Shown in pieces: positions 23,907 through 28,670 of a stretch of 28,670 nt of DNA. Source of the DNA: a virus. Its lineage: Duplodnaviria; Caudoviricetes. The translations under genes and the position numbers were made by a program. The stretch is from the IMG/VR virus record IMGVR_UViG_3300037458_001131, positions 1 to 28,670 of that record, one strand, 5' to 3'. The notes beneath the pieces were generated by a model. The model made no database searches. It was not told the DNA's origin and saw only the letters and a list, made by a program, of their open reading frames with translations. How positions within the stretch are numbered: position 1 is the first letter of the stretch; each line of letters begins with the position of its first letter.

Positions 23907-24887
23907 CTAGGACGTCAACAGCAGACGAAACGCCTGACCTCGGGTAATCTCCCCGGGATCGTCAGCCTCGCAGGTGCGACACAGGACGCGACGATTCGAC
24001 AGCTCCGACAGGCTGGCCGCAAAAGCCGCCCCCTGCATCTCGGCGCCCTTGTCGAAGACGATGCAGGTGCGCAGGGCCGTCGGCAGGGAACGCAGCAAGT
24101 GCGCGAGCAGGATCTGCTGGTCATTCGTCACCGCGGTGCCGAAGGTGCACAGGACCGCGCATTTCTCGTCACGCAGCCACCAGTCGAGCTTCATCAGATC
24201 GAAGGGGCCCTCCACGATGAAGAGGACCTGGATCTTCTTGCGCGCCTTCTCGAGGTCCAACAGGTCGAGACCGCCGACCACGTGCTTGATTGCCCTCGCC
24301 TCGGACGCCCGATAGCGCAGGGTCTCGCTGCTCTTGATGCTGCGACCGACGTAGTCCACCAGCCGATCATCTGCGACGACTGGGTAGATGATTCGGTGCT
24401 TGAAGTCCCCCGACAGGCAGTAGTGGAGCTCGTGCCGCTCCGCAACCCCCTCCGCATCCTCGAACCCCCGATCATGGAGGTAGCGAAGGAACGGCGCGGC
24501 TGACAGGGTGTGCCCACCTGCCAGGGGTTTGAACTCCGATGGGAGACGCAGCCCGGTCGATACCAGCGAGGGGGCTGCTCGAGCGAGTGAGAACGGGCGG
24601 GGTTCGTCAGGGAACGACTTGCCCGCCAGCTGCACGATCTGCCTTGCCCTGGCGTTGCCGAACAGCTGGACGAGCAACGGCATCGGGTTGTTGCCCCGAT
24701 GCGCGGGGTTGCGCCAGCAGCCCCAGGAGGGACGCGACTCGTTCAGGCTGAGGCCCATATGGTGGGAGGGATCGTCGTCGGCGCAGAAGGGGCATTTTAT
24801 CGCAACGTTGCCCCTGACGACGCTGGGGCCCTTCTCCACGTAGGGCACACCGTTCTGCTCGCACACCTGCTTCCAGTTAAGCCGCAT
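23907..24887 (-). CDS. DNA primase (Zn finger plus TOPRIM)
   Basis: CPFC...H.G...CWR Zn-binding region, RIIYPV...YVGRSI, IVEGPFD, FD and DDPG. RBS AAGGAGG. Confidence 0.85.
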   Translation of the reverse strand: MRLNWKQVCEQNGVPYVEKGPSVVRGNVAIKCPFCADDDPSHHMGLSLNESRPSWGCWRNPAHRGNNPMPLLVQLFGNARARQIVQLAGKSFPDEPRPFSLARAAPSLVSTGLRLPSEFKPLAGGHTLSAAPFLRYLHDRGFEDAEGVAERHELHYCLSGDFKHRIIYPVVADDRLVDYVGRSIKSSETLRYRASEARAIKHVVGGLDLLDLEKARKKIQVLFIVEGPFDLMKLDWWLRDEKCAVLCTFGTAVTNDQQILLAHLLRSLPTALRTCIVFDKGAEMQGAAFAASLSELSNRRVLCRTCEADDPGEITRGQAFRLLLTS

Positions 24888-24890
24888 CAG

Positions 24891-25052
24891 CTACCTCCTT
24901 GCATCGAAGTCGACCCAGAAATTGACACGCTCCCAGCGCTGGATGCGCCTCTCACCGAGCAGGTGATAGAGCAGCCAGCCCGTGACCGCTGACAGGTACC
25001 GGACATTCCTCCGATCCCAGTAGATGTAGCGCGAGACGAAGTACACCTTCAT
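24891..25052 (-). CDS. Small 53-aa hypothetical protein missed by the ORF track (MKVYFVSRYIYWDRRNV...FWVDFDARR)
   Basis: ATG 25052 overlaps the helicase TGA (ATGA). The frame is open to TAG at 24891-24893, ending 3 nt before the primase start. Confidence 0.55.
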   Translation of the reverse strand: MKVYFVSRYIYWDRRNVRYLSAVTGWLLYHLLGERRIQRWERVNFWVDFDARR

Positions 25053-26638
25053 AGCTTGACCTTCCCTTCGCAGACGGCCTCAAAGAGGTCCTTCCCTTCT
25101 TTGAGGTACTCCAGTATTCGCACATCCACTGCCTGGCCGCGACGCAGGGTCCCGACCAGATCGTAGAAGCGCACCTTGTGCTTTTGCCCCGGCCGCGCGA
25201 GTCGCTTGACGCACTGCTTCCGCGTGCTAGGGCTGCTCGGCGTCTCGTAGAACACCCCGAAGTGACAGACCTCTTGTAGCCCATCCACACCGGTTCCTCC
25301 AGCACCGGCATTGGCAAGGAAGATGCGACACTTCGGATCCCCGATGAATTTCTTGAACTGCGCCCTCGGGTCATCGAACCCATGCCCGACACCCGAGAAT
25401 CGAATCTTGCGCGCCTTGAGTTGCTGCGAGATCATCACCCCGCTGTAGATGTAGTAGTGGAAGATGACGACCTTCTCCTCCGGCCCGATCTCATCGAGCA
25501 ACTCGAAGAGCGCGTCCATCTTGGCGTTCTTCTCGAACTGCGTTTCGATTCGCACGGTGTCCTCGGCACGGACTGCGATGAACCCCGAGGTCGTCTGCCG
25601 CCAGCGGTGGTAGACGTTCTTGAGCTCCTCTTGATCCCCACCGGACTCACGTATCGGGGCCGTGATGCGGTGGTAGTACTCCTCCTGCTCCTGCGTCAGG
25701 CGTACGTGGATCGGGATCTCCTGCGCCTTCGGCATTTCCCCTAGCTCGTGCTCGGCGTAGCGGATGCTGCGATGCTGGATCATGCGATGCAGGAGCAGCT
25801 GCTTGCGTCGGTCGAAGACGTACTCGATCCCCGACCAGTAGTTGGGCTCCTCCTTGAAGAAGGCCGCACGGAACACCGCAAGGGTCTTGCCAAGGGTCTC
25901 CCCGCCGTCGACCACGTTGAAGACTGACCACAGCTTCTGCGGGTCCCGATTGAACGGGGTGCCCGTCAAGGCGTAGCAGAAGTCCGCAGCTTGGCTAAGG
26001 CGGTGGCACAGCTCGAAGGTCAGGGACTTGTGGTCTCCCATCAGGTGCACCTCGTCAAAGCAGACGAAGTTGAAGAGGGAGCAGAAGTCCTCGACCTGCT
26101 CGGGGACCATCATCCTCCCCGCCCCACGCGTCTGCTGCGTCATGTAGACGAGGAGCCCCGCGTAGTTGATGACGTACAGGTCCGCGTCGCTGTTGTTCAG
26201 CAGGTCAAGGCGCTGCTGACGCGAACCCTCGAGCACGACCACGCGCAGTCCCGGGGCGTGGAGCTTGGCCTGCATCACCCACGACTCGAGGTTGATGAGA
26301 AAGGGCACGCAGACCAGCGCGGCCTTGAGCTCCCCCGTCCGCTTTCGATAGGTGATCGCATCGAGCACGATCTTCGTCTTCCCTGCACCCATGTCCAGGA
26401 AGTAGAGCCATCGGGGCTCGTTCTGCGCCAACAGCAGCGAGACCAGCTGGTGGTGTCGCGGTCGCGTTGCGACGAGGGTCAGGTCCGTTTCCCTCGCCAG
26501 CTTCTCGTACTCGACCTTCTTCATCCAGCGGAAGTCCTCTAGCTCCCGATCCATGAAGGCGCGGACGGCCGAGGGGGCAATGCGCGAAGGGCGCCGGTAG
26601 TACCTACGTCGCGCCTTCTTCTTCATCTTCATTCTCAC
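25049..26638 (-). CDS. SNF2-family (SF2) helicase
   Basis: LDMGAGKT, INY, FDEVH, LTGTP, GGTGVDGLQ and Q..KRLARPGQ. The start may be ATG 26632. Confidence 0.92.
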   Translation of the reverse strand: MRMKMKKKARRRYYRRPSRIAPSAVRAFMDRELEDFRWMKKVEYEKLARETDLTLVATRPRHHQLVSLLLAQNEPRWLYFLDMGAGKTKIVLDAITYRKRTGELKAALVCVPFLINLESWVMQAKLHAPGLRVVVLEGSRQQRLDLLNNSDADLYVINYAGLLVYMTQQTRGAGRMMVPEQVEDFCSLFNFVCFDEVHLMGDHKSLTFELCHRLSQAADFCYALTGTPFNRDPQKLWSVFNVVDGGETLGKTLAVFRAAFFKEEPNYWSGIEYVFDRRKQLLLHRMIQHRSIRYAEHELGEMPKAQEIPIHVRLTQEQEEYYHRITAPIRESGGDQEELKNVYHRWRQTTSGFIAVRAEDTVRIETQFEKNAKMDALFELLDEIGPEEKVVIFHYYIYSGVMISQQLKARKIRFSGVGHGFDDPRAQFKKFIGDPKCRIFLANAGAGGTGVDGLQEVCHFGVFYETPSSPSTRKQCVKRLARPGQKHKVRFYDLVGTLRRGQAVDVRILEYLKEGKDLFEAVCEGKVKL

Positions 26639-28019
26639 TCCCCCCGATCTGGGTCCAGTAGGTGTCGCGCATCATCAACGATTGCAGGGCGAACTGCCCG
26701 GTCGCGTAGTTCTGCGCGACGAGGATGGAGAACCCGTCGGCATCCATCCTACCACTCGTCACCGTCAGGCGCGCGAGGTCGAGTCGCTTCTCAGCCTTCG
26801 TCTGCGAATAAGTGATGACGCAGTCCGCCGTGGCGATCTTGCTCCAGTCCTCGGCCGCGTGCGTGGAGTCCACGGTCCCGCGTCGCGCCCCCTCGCGGTT
26901 GCTTTGCGACACGGTTGCCAGCGCGATGTTACGTTCCACAGCCAGCCCGCGGAGCTCCTGCGTCAACCCCCCTAACTCGAGCCGATAGTTGTCCATCTTG
27001 ACGCGCATCAGGTCGGCGTAGTCGAGGACGAGCAGGTCAGGGACGAACTTCTGCGAGCGCTCGAGTGAGTCGAGGTAGGCACGCAGGGCTGGCATCGTCA
27101 GGCTGCGGGTGGGGAACTCCTTGATGATGAGATTCTTACGCTGGTGCATCTTGCGCAGCCTACGCTCGATCTCCTTCAAGTCACCTCGCTCCTGCAACCC
27201 GAGAACGTTCTTGAGCTCCTCGGTGTCAATCGACTGCAGCGTGCCGTCCGCGTTCAGCAGGAGGCGGGTCTGACGCAGCTCCCCGATCTTGCGCCGCGTC
27301 ACCCCGAAGAAGGACATGAGAAAGCGCTGTGCCACCATCATGTCCGACAGCTCGAGTGTGACGTAGCAGACACGCCACCCTTGCAGCACGGCATGCTTGG
27401 CCAGGTGGATCAGCCACCAGCTCTTCCCCTTCTTCGCTGGGGCGATGAACAGATGGTACTCCTTGCGTGCGGGGCCGAGCTGTCGTTTGTCCAGCTCGGG
27501 GATCTGCGTCAGGGTGAAGTCCCGAACCAGCTCCCCCTTCTTCAAGGCGGTCATGGAGGACTCGAGCGTCACCCCGACACTAAACAGGTCGAGGCGTGCT
27601 TTCAACGCGGAGTCCAACACCTCCTCGGCCCGATCCAGATTCCCCGACTGCAGGCTCTCCGCCGCCGCGTTGATGCCGGCCCGCAGTCGCTGTTGGCGCA
27701 CGAAGGCCTCCAGCTGGGACAGGACATAAGGCTCGTTGACCCCAGCCTCCAGCTGCACGACGTTGGTGATGATGTCCTCGACCAAGTCCTTCTGCTTGCC
27801 TGACGAGCGCAGGTCTTCGATCAGATCGGGGAAGTGGTCTCCCGGGGGACGCTTGAACTGGTCGAGGTGCCCGTACACCCGCCCGATGATGTCTCGGAAC
27901 AGGTGCGAGGCGTAGAGCTCCTCGGGGACGCTGTTGCGAATGATCGGCGCCGCCGTGGGGCTGAAGACCAGCAACGTCAGCAGGTTCTCCTGCAACGATC
28001 CAGTGATCTTGTCCGTCAC
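26604..28019 (-). CDS. DnaB-like (SF4) replicative helicase
   Basis: APAKKGKS, TLELS, LVLDYADLM and SQSNREG. GTG start coupled to the upstream stop. Confidence 0.9.
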   Translation of the reverse strand: MTDKITGSLQENLLTLLVFSPTAAPIIRNSVPEELYASHLFRDIIGRVYGHLDQFKRPPGDHFPDLIEDLRSSGKQKDLVEDIITNVVQLEAGVNEPYVLSQLEAFVRQQRLRAGINAAAESLQSGNLDRAEEVLDSALKARLDLFSVGVTLESSMTALKKGELVRDFTLTQIPELDKRQLGPARKEYHLFIAPAKKGKSWWLIHLAKHAVLQGWRVCYVTLELSDMMVAQRFLMSFFGVTRRKIGELRQTRLLLNADGTLQSIDTEELKNVLGLQERGDLKEIERRLRKMHQRKNLIIKEFPTRSLTMPALRAYLDSLERSQKFVPDLLVLDYADLMRVKMDNYRLELGGLTQELRGLAVERNIALATVSQSNREGARRGTVDSTHAAEDWSKIATADCVITYSQTKAEKRLDLARLTVTSGRMDADGFSILVAQNYATGQFALQSLMMRDTYWTQIGGSENEDEEEGAT

Positions 28020-28363
28020 ACCTTCCTCCCTCGGGCTACCAGCTTGCTGATCTTGTTGACCAGCTCCGGCCGGGTGTACTCCTCCTCGCGCTCCAGCAAC
28101 TTGCCGATGCTGTTGAACACGTCGGCCATCTTGAGCGCCCGCACCTGCGGATGTTTCGCCGCCTGCTTGTGCCAGCGCTTCTCAGCTTCCCGCCGGCGTT
28201 CGGCGACGACCATCGGGCTGTGTTGATGACACCATGCCCCGGTCAGGGTGAACGTCACCGGCTGCCGCGTGCATTGGTGGTAGTGATTGAACAGATGCCT
28301 GCTTTTCACGGCCGCATGGCATCGGTCAGGTTGCGGGGGGTGCCCGTAGAGTTCCCCGCTCAT
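28016..28363 (-). CDS. Hypothetical protein with a possible Cys/His Zn knuckle
   Basis: RCHA...QCTR...WCHQH. Start/stop overlaps at both ends. Confidence 0.55.
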   Translation of the reverse strand: MSGELYGHPPQPDRCHAAVKSRHLFNHYHQCTRQPVTFTLTGAWCHQHSPMVVAERRREAEKRWHKQAAKHPQVRALKMADVFNSIGKLLEREEEYTRPELVNKISKLVARGRKV

Positions 28364-28670
28364 GGCAGCTCCAGAATCTTGTGCTGCTGCAGGCTGAGGC
28401 GGTACCCGTACACCCGCGCCACCCGCACCGCCTCCTTGATGTTGGCTGCCTGCGCCGACGGCGGCTGCACGTCCATCGGCTGCACGTAGATGCTAGTGCG
28501 GGGGAACATGACGAGGGGGCGCGCGAGGCGTATCCGCGCGAGGTTCTGGGTCGAGGCGATCGGCAGTCCGTCGTCGTCAGCCGTCTGCCCTGCGGCGATG
28601 ATGTACTTCCAGGCGAAGGTACGCACGCGAACGGCGGGACTGACCTCGGGCGTCTTCGGGCTGAGCACGA
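28360..28670 (-). CDS. Hypothetical protein (probably 5' truncated by the window edge)
   Basis: The frame is open to the edge, and the stop overlaps the next start (ATGA). Confidence 0.45.
   Translation of the reverse strand, partial: VLSPKTPEVSPAVRVRTFAWKYIIAAGQTADDDGLPIASTQNLARIRLARPLVMFPRTSIYVQPMDVQPPSAQAANIKEAVRVARVYGYRLSLQQHKILELP

Noticed and set aside
1-28670. Abundant GATC/TCGA/CTCGAG palindromes as evidence of modification-based restriction immunity
   Set aside because: Codon pairs such as CTC-GAG and ATC-GAG explain them. A Markov-corrected count would be needed and I cannot run it.

Overview
A 28.7-kb, GC-rich fragment of a tailed dsDNA bacteriophage genome. The host is probably Gram-negative (lambda-R-type endolysin), and I see no integrase or host genes. 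The plus strand (about 1-4631) carries the end of the virion module and the lysis genes, including an endolysin fused in frame to a holin-like membrane domain with its own internal RBS. The minus strand (about 4603-28670) is one tightly coupled arm for replication, recombination and DNA modification. It encodes a DnaB-like helicase, SNF2 helicase, primase, beta-clamp-like protein, UDG-PolA fusion, DnaX-like clamp loader, UvsY-like protein, gp32-like SSB, RecA, Holliday junction resolvase and SbcD/SbcC. Interleaved is a 7-deazaguanine DNA-modification system split over two loci: queD ... folE-unknown ORF-dpdA, and ArcS-like-second atypical QueD paralogue (no catalytic Cys)-queC-MazG-like. No QueE or other radical-SAM gene is visible in the window. 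An Acb2-like anti-CBASS sponge lies upstream of the SSB. The best leads are the unusual deazaguanine gene set, the endolysin-holin fusion, a recurrent [RK]PxL-basic motif, two charge-block repeat proteins, and a 21-nt initiation region shared by acb2 and mazG. All family calls come from motif recognition by eye; no searches were run.
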